Origin: Psammoneis japonica
Taxonomy: Eukaryota
Direction of reading: 5' to 3'
NCBI GenBank assembly: GCA_008632985.1
Contig: QPGO01000040.1
Location: 377,719-441,718 of the forward strand
DNA length: 64,000 bases
Position numbers and translations under genes: made by a program. Positions 22,734 through 34,300 of the stretch are shown here, piece by piece; the first letter of the stretch is position 1, and each line of letters opens with the position of its first letter. A model generated the notes under the pieces. The model was not told where the DNA came from. It worked only from the letters and a program-made list of their open reading frames with translations, and did no database searches.

Positions 22734-25700
22734 TCAGTCATCGCTGTCCGTTTCGACTGGCTCACAGATCCAGTCAATAAGGCCCATTCCTGTCATGGAA
22801 CTCAGATCCTTGTCATGCCAAGAAGAGGCTTGTCGCTTACTCCCGCCAAAGGAGGCTGCATCGACAATCTTGGTGTAGGCCAGAGACAATTCGTTTCGAA
22901 GTCGATGAAAGCTACCACCCTTGACGACATGAGCCACGTCGTAAAACGTTTCAAAGGGGTCTTCAATCGCAAGACCTTGAAAGTAGACTTTCCAACAATC
23001 AAACTCAGCCTTGACTTCACGTTCTACCAGGCCACAGGAAGCGGTGGAGTGCAAGCTCACAACGTGCTTCTTGTAGTCAAATTCGTAGGCATAATAACGG
23101 AAAAAGCTCGCCAACAAAATTGCGACCGAGGCATCCTGGTTTGAAAATCGCTGCTTTAGACTGGTGCGAGTCGCTTCATCCACTAGACGGAAAAAGTAGC
23201 TATTCACCACAAAATCCTTTTCAGACGGGTGTCGCATGAGATTGTTGGGGCGAACGGCCAATTCCTTGTAGGGTGTACCGGGCGGGGATTGCGGCCAACG
23301 CATATCCATCCACTGTAGATTTGGCAGTAGTGGTGGTTTCTCGAGTTCACCCTTTCCTTGCATGCGCGCAAGAGAGGTGACTTGTCCATTGCCAAAGGAC
23401 TGGTGATAAGTTAGAAAATGCAAAAGCATGAGAATGTAACCGTAGCTGCTGAGAGTGTGACGGGACGGATCGTTGATATCTCGGTTCTTGGCCCATCTCT
23501 TGATGATGGATGCTAGCACGTTGGTCATTGGATTGATACTGGCGTAATTCAGGAGGAGCGCCGTGTTGAGACATGCCAAAGGATTTTGCATGGACAAATC
23601 ACATTCAAGTGTCGTTCCATGCTGCCCGTCGGCACCGACCTGGCGAGGGAAGTAAAACTTGATTACTGGGATTCTTGCAGTGAGGCGAGCTGTGTCCACT
23701 TCGAGCAAACCTGCCTTCCGAAAGATCTCCGCCAACTCTGCCATCGCACGAGCCCCTGGGTTCTCCTCGTCCTCGTTTTGCTTCAAAATTTCAGTGTTGG
23801 GTGGTAGTTGCAAGCACATGTCCAAATCGGAGGACGGTGATCCAAATCCATTAGCGGCCGAGCCGAAGACTACTACCTTTGTACCTGGAGGGAATGCGGG
23901 ACACTGAGCAACAACGCCCTCGATTTGTGATCGGACCATCTCTCGTTCCTGATAGACACGGTCCGAGGTCAAGTAAACGTCTTCGTAGAGTTTACACATT
24001 GATGCTGTCAAAAGATTGAATGTCCCCACGGCAGATGGATCCATGAGTGATTGTGGGTTCGGTCGCCCACCATTTGGTGACCTAAGCCTGTTGGGGTTCC
24101 TCAAGCCGGGCATGAGAACATCTTCGAGACGTTTTGCATTGGGCTGAAATCCCAAAGTAGCAATCTGCATCTTGACGCGACTCTCGACAAACATTCGAAA
24201 GTGCTCCCCGGTAACGGGGCGAGGTAACAAATTCCGATTGACGCAGAGAGCGTCCACTCGGTTAGACGATGCTTCGTCCCCAGACGAGCAAAAGGGATCC
24301 GGTGCGAATGCCTCGCAAAGAGGACACCACAACTCATACTCCAAACGTAGTTCATTAAGCAAATCACGCTTCATCAAGAGAGACACTGCGGAATTGTTGA
24401 CCACCGCCTTGAGAATAGATGCAAAAGCCAATTGAGCATCTTTCCACCGACGTTCGTTCGAGGCTCGTCCACTCATGAGGGCCTTTTTCTTTTCGCGAAA
24501 CTTTTCTTCTGTTTCGGTTAGCTCGCGCGGTTCCTGCTCTGCTTCATCCTCTTCACCAGTTTCAACCGCTTCTGCATCGACTTGTGCTTGAAGCTCTTCC
24601 ACTTCAACTTCTAGTTTGGCGTGTTTTTCTTTTGCCTTGAGGTAGTCCGCAGCGCAAGCCTCGAGAACCTTTTTCGATTCGCAGATTCCTCCCCAGGCGG
24701 CACGTCCCGCACCCTCCCATTTTCGGTAGGTGCTGTTTGGGCTTTGCCGAGGTTCTCGCGGGGGGTTGAACTGTTCTAATACGGAGGCAAGAGAATGAAG
24801 CGAAGACAAACTCGTACTGTTGGATTTACTCTTGGCCTTGAAGTTGGAAAGAATGAAACGCAAGGTCGGCTCGACGTCTTTGTTTTCCGAGATGCAGACG
24901 AGCAGTCGTGGTCCCGTTGCAAGGGTGTAGAGCGGTTCGTCCTGCCAATACAGCCTCATGACAACATGACCAGGGGTGCGGGGAGAATAAAAGGGCACTT
25001 TACCCCAGACCGTGTCGGTGCGTGTATCAACTTCAAAGGGATAGTCACTTCGAGACTCCTCTGGTGGACTGATGATTTCCTTGCTGATAATGGAAACATT
25101 GGCCCCGTTTTCTGTACATCCTTGTCGATAAAGACCAACCGCTAGGCCCTCCAAGGCTTGTTTGAGAGTGACTTCTTCCGTGCCGTCGCTGGCTTTGTTC
25201 GTGGTGCGCTCGCGCAAGTACGAAAGAGGCAAAATCCACTTGGCCGTCATTTCCTGTCGTGGTCGAAGTCGAAATGTCTTCTGGTTGTTGGGTGGCATGT
25301 CGTTGGTCAGGAGCCGCCCTGGCTGTTGTTCTATGCGCGTCCAAAGACGTTTGGGTTGGTATTCTTTCCTTGGTGGCTGCTCCTTTGGAGCGGGTTCTGT
25401 TGGAGGTTCGGCTTGCTCCACTGATGGAAGTTCAGGTTCTGCTTCGGGCTCGGGCACACCATGGGGAACAGTGGCGACTGGAGCAGGCTGAGGAGGAGGA
25501 GGATCGCTGGTGGCTCTCATCAGTCCGGGCGGAGATGGAGACCAGTTGCTGGGAGGACCGGGAAACGGCGGCGAGTCCGACATGACGAACTGACGGGAGG
25601 AAACGGCGGCGAGTTCAAGGTCGATGCTGTGTCTTTTGGCCTTAAATGAGGAGGGGGCACCAATCCTGGTGATAGCGAGGGCATGGATGAAATTACTGGA

Positions 25701-26460
25701 GCTGGCGCAGCCACTGGAGGTGGTGTTCCAAAGGGGGTGAGGTCAGTGGTGATGAGGCACCCAAAGGGGACGAAATGGCTCCCCCGATTGTGCCTGGCGA
25801 TCTGCTACTCCCAATAGGCGCCATGGGCGCCGATGGAGACATAGGCGCAAAAGGAGGAGGCGGTGCTGGTGGTATCGTGGTACCTCCACCTATAGCTCCA
25901 CCGAGTCCTGGTATTGAATGTTGCATAAAGAGAGGGTCGCCAGAAGCACCGAGACTGTTCATTCGATCTGTTAGATCTCCCATGGTGACAGCATGCTTTG
26001 TTGGAGTCCCAGCACTGGGTGTAGGAAACGGGGTTCTTCCTGGTTCTGGGGATAGTACAGGTGTGGCGCTGGAGCTCGCTTCTCGTGATAATGATGGTGG
26101 CGAGGACGTGGGAGAGCTTGGGGTCGCAATAATGGGTTCAGAAGCGGGTTCTTCTGGTGCTGGTGCTGGTGGGGCTGGTGGTGCTGGTGTTGGTGTTGTA
26201 GATGTTCGAGTAGGTGACGATTCTTTGTTCTTTTGGTCTTGTAGAAACTGTCTTATTTGTTGGAGAAAGATACGCTCATCGTTCCCGTAGGTTGCGTGCA
26301 CACGAGCCGCCTCCGCGTCACCACTCCTCATGAATGGCATGAATGCAATAAGAACATCCTCATCAGACAAGTCATCTGAACGATTGGAACGCCCTCGTCG
26401 CGGTGGTGGTCTCCCTCTGCCAGCTCCAGAAGTACGCGGGGGTTTCCCAGAAGAAGACAT
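22734..26460 (-). CDS. Terminal uridylyltransferase / non-canonical poly(A) polymerase (Cid1/URT1-like) with Pro-rich N-terminus
   Basis: VFGSAANGFGSPSSDLD, ARIPVIK, ECDLS, IKRWAK, TLSSYGY, IEDPFE; main ORF 22734-25583 probably joins Pro-rich ORFs up to 26460 via two frameshifts (inferred). Confidence 0.85.
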
Positions 26461-26989
26461 TCTGTATGAAAGCAAAAACCTTTGATCTCAATCCAACACC
26501 CCCCTGGTTGAATGAGATCAATAAAAATAACAAGAAAGAAGCCCCTTATGAAGTAAACAGAGTGTATATCAAAGGATCAGAGGTCTTGCTTGCAACAAGA
26601 AGAACGGCTCAAATCTCATCGTCGCAAGATCTTTTCACAACAGCAAAACCGCCGCGAGCGGTCATCGCGTGGCGGCTTTCGGAGTGTGCCTGCTACGTCA
26701 CAAAGTAGAAATTGTACTGAACGCTACGTACAAACGGAAGTCCTTGTTTGGTTTAGATTGGTGTGCTTTTTACCGATGTTGATCGATCTATCTATCTATC
26801 TACGGTCTACGGTAGACTATCTATCTAATCTATCTATAATCTACTTCTATCTGTCTACCGGTATCGAGCGAGCGATCTAACATCGAAACTGATCAGAGGC
26901 ATTTCCTTTTGTGCTATTATTTACAGTCCTTCATTAGGCTTTATGATCACAAGTAGTGAGTGGTGTCCCTGACTCTCTCTCTAGAGAGG

Positions 26990-28590
26990 CTATACATTCC
27001 ATTTCGCACGACAAAGCCTGGCGAAAATTGGGGCATGCAACACTCGCCCAGCCGGCGACAATGCGCTGACATTGAAGCCAAGCTCTTTGCTAATTTCTTC
27101 TTCGGATTGCCCCGACACGAGTCGTGTAATGATTTCTCCAGAGCCACAGGAGAGCTTCCAACCATTGGAGCCGGGTCCACAGGACACATAGAGATTCTCG
27201 TGAGTATCCACGGCGCCCAGGAGCAAAATTCCATCACTGACAAACGGACGATGTCCACAGTACGTTGTCGCCTTGTCTATGAATTCAGACAATTGCGGAA
27301 ATTGACGAACCGCCTCCTTTCGAAAACCTACATCCACAATTGGTGTCGGCATTGTGTTCCACCCGCTGAATTCTCCAATGCTTGTGATTCGTATTTCGTC
27401 TCCCAGTCGAGTCGTAAACATGTACTTGTCTGCAACAATTCTTGAAGGCAGGTCCTTGTCGTTTAGGCCCTTGGTCTGCATCACCTCCTTGGCGCTGACA
27501 GACATGCTGTAGCCTTTGAGTGGATATACCGGTGCGTACAGGTTCATGAGCGCGAGAACGTGGGATGTCCAAGTACCGGCAGCAACCACCACTTTAACAT
27601 CATCTGGTACTTGAATGATGCCACAGTTGGTCTTGAGTTCCGATATCCTGGGTTTACTGCGATTGGAGGCGTCCTTTACAGAAATCGCTTTCACCGCAGT
27701 GTCATAGAGAAACGAGACATCCAGTTTGGGATCGTTCAAACATCGATCAGCAAGCTCTTTTGCAAATCTTCCGGAGCTTGCCGACTTGGATTCGTACTCG
27801 TACTTGGCGGATGTGGGCAGCTTCTCCTGAAAGCGTATACTGGGCTCTTCTTGCAACACCTCGTCTCCCACCAGTATCCGATTCGGTTCAAACGACATTT
27901 TGCTGCTGGATGGGTTATTCTTTATCCCAGCCGTGACTGGATCATACGATAGATTCAAGCTACCTCGTGAGTTGTATCCCGACACCTTGGACATGTTGTC
28001 CCATTTGCTTTCCATCATGTTCACCATGTCATCTACCGCAAACTTTGTAAAATTAAGCATGTCGACTTGCTTGGTTTCTTGGTCTTTACACGGAAACAAA
28101 CTCGTCCTAGTAAACGTAAGCACCCATCGAAGGAAAAACGGATCCAACAGTGTTTCCTTCCATGAAATGTGGAAAAAGTCAAAGCTTCCAACAGAGCCAA
28201 ACACGAGTTTTGAAATTGGTTTGGGAAGAATACACTTGGTCACGGCAATCCATGAATCACGATCCACGACGGGGTTGGACCGCGTCATTCCACCCGCTGC
28301 GCAGTTGCTACACTCTGCCGCTGGAGTCGATCTTGGTTCCAAAACTACAACGGAATGGCCTTTTTCAGCCAACTTGTAGGCGGTTGTGACTCCAACAACA
28401 CCGCCTCCAATGACAATTACACGTTGCTTGTTCTCGGAAGGACCACTGTGAAAAGTAACAATCTCCTGATTTGGCAATTCTTGTTCACGTGAAGAATGTT
28501 TTGGTAACGATAGGTTGCCAATGCACCGACAGTCGCACCTCCTCCGATTAGAACATATCGACTTGCGCTCGCAACCGTACGAAACATGAC
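26990..28590 (-). CDS. D-amino acid dehydrogenase/oxidase family FAD oxidoreductase (DadA-like); 5' end uncertain
   Basis: VIVIGGGVVGVTTAYKL, VVAAG, YPLKGYS, GHRP, GPGSNGWKLSCGSG. Confidence 0.88.
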
Positions 28591-29162
28591 GAGAAACTGA
28601 GAATCGCAGGAACACTCTACAAACAATCAATCTCACGTGGTGATTAAACAATCTATCTTGGCTTCGGGGGAGAGAAAATGAGTACGTTTGCAGAGAAGAA
28701 GGAGCATCGGTTGTCTTTTTCCTTTTGTAAGGTCGGAGTGCAGAAGATTATTCAAAGCTGAAACATCATACCGGTATCATTCATCGCAACTTCGTCAAAA
28801 AGTGAGACGCATGCTTTGCGGTTCGCTTACGTCATCAGAGTATTGCGCGCGTCAGCATCGATTTGGCGGGCTTTTTCGACTAATCCGATCAGCATTTCAA
28901 CCTGTCGTTCTAGAGAGCGTACCGGTACCGGTATACCGGTGCTATCTAGAGAGCTAGGTATAGTGCAGAGGTGCATCGAACAGCGAGAAAAGGGCTTCGA
29001 CCCTGTCAATCTCAAGTGCTTGAACCAAAAGACCTGTGATAAGAGTTTTGACAGCTATTGCCTTCCACCTACAGAGTCAGATGAAAGATTGAAAATCGAC
29101 CCTTCTTTTTAAAATCTAGTCGCTTGCGGTCTTGTGGCGATGCATTTAAAGTAGTTTCAGAG

Positions 29163-31021
29163 TCATCCTTGCAGAGAGTGACTTGTTTCATTAGCGCCTT
29201 GGGCTGTCACGTGTGCTGGGGGCTGCAACGGATCTTCTCCCTTGCATCGTTCAGTCATGTTGACATCTTGCATCAGCAACGCTTTCCCAAAGACTCGTTT
29301 CCAACTGGGCAACGTCTTGGAAGTATTTCCTCGAAAGACAACAGCTTCTCCATCAAATCCATCATGTTTTAAATCCGCGAAGAAGGCCACGGTGTGATTG
29401 GATTGTGGACGATAATGTCCACTACATGAATTCAGTCCCTGGAGTGTTCCGTTATTGCAGACAGTCATCTCACCAGCAAAAAGTACGGGCTGTCCAGTAA
29501 AAAACGAATCGTGATTAAACCTGTGTCGGACATCTTCTGAAACATACAGTCTCTTGTCTCGACCTCGGACAAAAATATATTTTCCGGTTTCCAATGTCTT
29601 GCCGCTTTCCGCAAAACTAACTTTGACAGTCTTCCCACCGTCTGATAAAGCATAATCGATCCGTGCCTGTGATCGCTGTGCATCAGTGAGGTATTGCATT
29701 GCTCCATCGTTGAGATGTCGGCGAGGACACTTAGGATGCTCATAATGCCGCCCAGATCCATAGTCAAGCCACTGGTAGAATGGTTCTTGAGAAAATGGAT
29801 TGCCTGTGGACCACGAGATAAAGTATCGCCGAAGGCAATCCCTATTTCGTCCTCCACCTGGATCCTCCAGCTTTAACACTGCTTCTATTCCCAATCCTTT
29901 ACCTACTGAAAGAGAATCTGATGGCTCCTGCGAATATTTTTCCATCCATTCCTGCACACGTTCTGCAAAGACTTCTGCCGGCTGTTTTCTTACCCACCAT
30001 CGTTCACCTTTTTCAACATCAACCATTTCTGCTACTGTGTCACTCCAATCGACTCGGTCTTGCAGCATCAAACTGATTGTGTGTTGGAATGAATTTCCAG
30101 CCGTTTCCTTCTGAATGATGTTAACTGGGACAATCATTGAACTCTCCGCTCCTCTTGGATGATTAAAGATTGCCAATACGGGTCGGTGTGTAGTGCTATC
30201 ACACGTGATGTGAAACGTGAAATTATCTTGATGAGTTGTAAACTCAAAGTCACTGTGACCTTGAGAAGTAGTTCCCATCTCTTCGCGTTGTTGACTCGCA
30301 CCCAAAAACATGCGGAGCCGTGGCCACCCACTGTTTTCATGGTACTCTGGCCCGGCGTTTCGGTCAAACTTTGGTAGCACCAACTTTAAAAGGAGCAGGC
30401 CATCAGCATGGCCCAAGGAGATTGGACTTTGGATTCTAGATGCGATTTCTCTTGTTCCGTAACCAGTGACATTTACAGAAGATATGCCGTTCGAGCATGC
30501 CTGCGTGGTAAGAATGATGTCATCCCGGACCAAAAACCCTCTACATTGATTCGTTTCGTTCGTGTTTCTTGGTGAAAGCGATCCCTGAAGAGAAAGCACC
30601 AGATCCATTACGTATTGTTCCAAGGGCTTCTTATCTACTTGTTTCTGCAACGACGACTTAGGTCTTGTAGTTCCGATCAGTTTTTCTGATGCAGCTGTAT
30701 CGTTTACATTAGCTTTGGCAAGGATCATATTTGCCACATCTTTAGAAAATTTCTAAAACTCGAGTGAACCTTATTTTGTGATGAATCGATGGAAATTGGC
30801 GATAGTTTACCTCTTAGCGCTGAAGGAACCGTGTCGTGAAGTATTTCGCCTCGCCCATCATCTTCTTGCGCTTCGCTTGTCAATAACGATACAGATAAAA
30901 GCTGGCAAAAACACAACACAAAGAGTAGCTTGAGGCCCACCAACGAGTTCCGAACAGTTGTCGTGGGCGGGACGGGAGTCGTCATGGAACGGTTCAAATT
31001 TTGTCTTTGATCATCGCCCAT
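29163..31021 (-). CDS. Membrane-anchored protein with IQM-like C-terminal domain (frameshift near 30740)
   Basis: FYQWLDYGSG, CPRRHL..QYL, FNHDSFFTG..AG, SGHYRP match the plant IQM family C-terminus; hydrophobic N-terminal segment in ORF 30725-31021. Confidence 0.65.
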
Positions 31022-31244
31022 TGTTGCATTCCTTGAACCGTCTACTCTAGAGAGTACAGTACCAGAGAGACTCTGTTGGTTTGCCAGAAGTAAGAAGATT
31101 AGCTTGGATCAGCAAAGTGCGGGAGAGTGGATATTTTTTAGATGGGTCAACATAGGTACAACCGGTATACCGTACAGCCGAATGAAAGGTCATTTTCGTA
31201 CAGTCATTGTCCAAAAGGTCATGATGATTTTTTGACCTCGCACA

Positions 31245-31312
31245 CTCTCTTCCGCACCACTTACAGACCTCCCAGTTTGCTCTCTTCCGCACCACTTACA
31301 GACCTCCCAGTT
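31245..31312. repeat. 33-bp direct repeat, period 35
   Basis: ctctcttccgcaccacttacagacctcccagtt at 31245 and 31280. Confidence 0.95.
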
Positions 31313-31314
31313 GG

Positions 31315-34300
31315 GAGTGGACCTCGCAGTCTCGTTTTTGCATGAGAGTCCTCAATGTGGTGGATGCAAAGTGGTGTGGTGCAAGGGGATGAAACTGTGG
31401 AAGATTGTGGCAACAGTTTGGACCATCAACTCGAATTTCAAAAAAGCAACACAGTTCTTTCTTGTGAGCAACAAATCTGCTTTTCAGGTGATGAGAGCGC
31501 AGACACATCGCACAAGCAGCGGACCCTGTCAATCTTGCTCAGCACCATCAACTCTGCTTGGGTGTTGTCATTGCATTTGTCACAATTGTCAACAACAAAC
31601 ACAGACTCTTTGAAGATTGACTCTTCACTCATGGATTGTGAGAGCACAGCGGTGCTGTGGAAGTTCCATGAAAGCCGCTTCCACAAAACCCGCATTTGGT
31701 GTGGCTGAGATTCATTTCAAGGGACTCAAGCTGAAGTGCAACAATTGCCAAAGCACATGGCACCACAATGACATTAAATGCAAGGAGACATGATGCAGCA
31801 AAAGTGTGCAAGTGAGAAAAGCATTGCAGCGACAAGTGCGCAGATCTGTGTCTCCATGGAGCGAGGGAGGCCTGTCGCAATTTCTTGTCAAAAGAGCCCA
31901 GGTGTTTTGTTGTGATGTTCTTGTTCTTCTGCAGCATTGACTCACCTTGCCAAGGACCCAACACAGATTTCAAAATGTCAATCACTGCATGCCAAAGAAG
32001 ATGAGTGCATCTCAGCTGCACCTGCAGAGCGACACCAACCGATTCTTGCTTTTTCCATGCCGGACTTCACCACAGCAAAATGCCAAAAGAATTGTTGCTG
32101 CAGCTGCATGAAGAGGGGACAAAAATGCCCCACAGGCCAAATGGTGGCAGCAAGACATGTGTCGCACTTCCTGTGCCTTGTCGCCAATGTCGCTTCTCCC
32201 AGTGTCACAACCACATTCCAAGTCAACAGCGATCTGCCACTTTTTTAGAGATGTGTCACACCCAGTCTGCCAGCCTCTCAAGAACACAATGGACTTTCTG
32301 CATGTCAAGTGCAACAGCTTTGGTTTGGCAATCTTTGCAGTGCACACCAACATTCCACCAAGCAACGCTGTCATGGCACAACCCTTTCTTCATGAAGTCC
32401 TCCCTCACGGCCAGTCTTCTCTGCCGCATCCAAAGTTGACTTGTTTCTTTCAGGAGAGTGAAGCCATGGCATTGGCAAAGCCATTTGTCCCATGATCCTC
32501 ACAGTTTGGGCAGTCTCAGCAACCAGCAAAAGATGCAAGTGTGCCTCTTTCCACATGCATTTTTCATGCAGTGCTTTTTGTTCTGGACCCTGGAAGGAAA
32601 ACTTGAAAAACACTGACAGCTCCCTTTGCACCCCCTGAAACCATGAATGCTCACCCCTGTCAGCACCATGTCTGAGATCTTCACACAGGAAAAATTTCTT
32701 CATGACCCTGGAGATGCACAGATCAAAGTCCAAGCTGGTTTGCAGGGGTGCTTTTTTCCAAACAGATGACCTCTCATTGGCCAACTGCAACATGGCAGGG
32801 TGGTCCATTTGCCACGCAAGCACCATCTTCTTGGTCAAAGATGCTGACAACAATGGGGGTCTCCTGGCATCCCATTCCAAGACATTCATGCCACAAAACA
32901 TGCAAGCCTTGTCATTGTCGCCCAACGTGCTTTCCATGTCACTTGATGCAACATCAACTTTTTGCAGGCACTTGGCACCTGCTGTTGGACTGGGAGTGGG
33001 AGATGGCACAGGAGAGTCTTTCTTTTCTTCTGGCTGCATGCCATGCAGTGCATTTTCTGATTTTTTTTATTTGCTTTGCACTGGGGCAACAAAAGGAACA
33101 TCAGGTTCAGGAACTCCATCCATTGCAGTGCATTTGCTGCTGTCCTGGTCATTCAACCAACAGATTCACCACTGTTGTAACATGTCAGGATGCCAAGAGG
33201 AGTGTTCACTCTGCAAACACCTTGCAAGTGCAGCAATTGGTCACAAACCTTTGCAAGTGTGTTGGGATGCTCCACTGCATCCTTTCCAGGTTGTTTGCCT
33301 TTGATCATTCCAGTTGGACAATGACTCACAAGAATCAACATGAAGTCTGGATGGTTTCTTGTTGCCTTCACTTCTTCACATGAATTGTCACCTCCTTTCA
33401 AATGCCCAGAGATTCCAAGATGTCAATGACAGCTTCTTTTCACATGACTGTTGACATCATCTGCTTCACTTGAATGTCCCCAAAGAGTGCCAGTCTTGCT
33501 GACAACCTGGTTTCATGCATTGGTTTTGGGGTGGGACAGCTCTCCCAAATCAGATGGGACAACAAAGCTGGAAACCTGGAGATGGGCGACTGCATGCTGC
33601 TCCTCCTTTGGTGCCAATGTGTTAGATGTGAACTTTGCAGTCTCTGAGAGCGGCCCCAGTTCCAGCAATCCATGTGAGAAAATGCAATCCAGCTGCTTCT
33701 GATCCAACAGCTCAGGCTGGTCTTTCAACCCACATTGAACAACCCACAAAGCAAGTTCACCCCAGATGGTGCGCTTGCCCAAACTGCAAGCATCAAAGAA
33801 TTCTTCTCTTTTCAAAACTTTCACTCTCCCCAAGCGATGCTTCCACAATCCATCTGGAAGTCAAAAGGGCTTTCACAAGTTGCAACTGTGCTCCCATCTG
33901 GGCCAGTCAGTGTGCTCAGCTCTGATTCATTGTCTGCCATTGTTGTTGTTGCAATGGGTTGTGGTGATGAAGAACTTGCCAAGTGGCTTGGGCGCACAGC
34001 CCATTTGGGGAACGGTTCTGCCACATGACCATGCATGGTTTGAGCCCAGTCAAGCACAGGCTTGGGAAAGTCCAAATGGTTGGGTTCCTTGGCACACACA
34101 CACAGGGCACCATGTCGCATCTTGGACTGGCATCAGCAGACACATTTGGTGCAGCAATCCAGCAGGTGGCCTTTGCAGGGTGCTGTGCAGAAGCTGGAGA
34201 GAGATGTGATGGCTGCAGCAAAATGTTGATGCAGCTGAGTGATGCAGCCCATTGCATGCTCACTGGACACTCTGTTGCAGGCATCATCCATTTCCTCAAC

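Noticed and set aside
22734..25583. TUTase or the nearby methyltransferase as the enzyme behind the hypermutation
   Set aside because: Both are ordinary families with no deaminase motif, and proximity carries little functional meaning in a eukaryotic genome.
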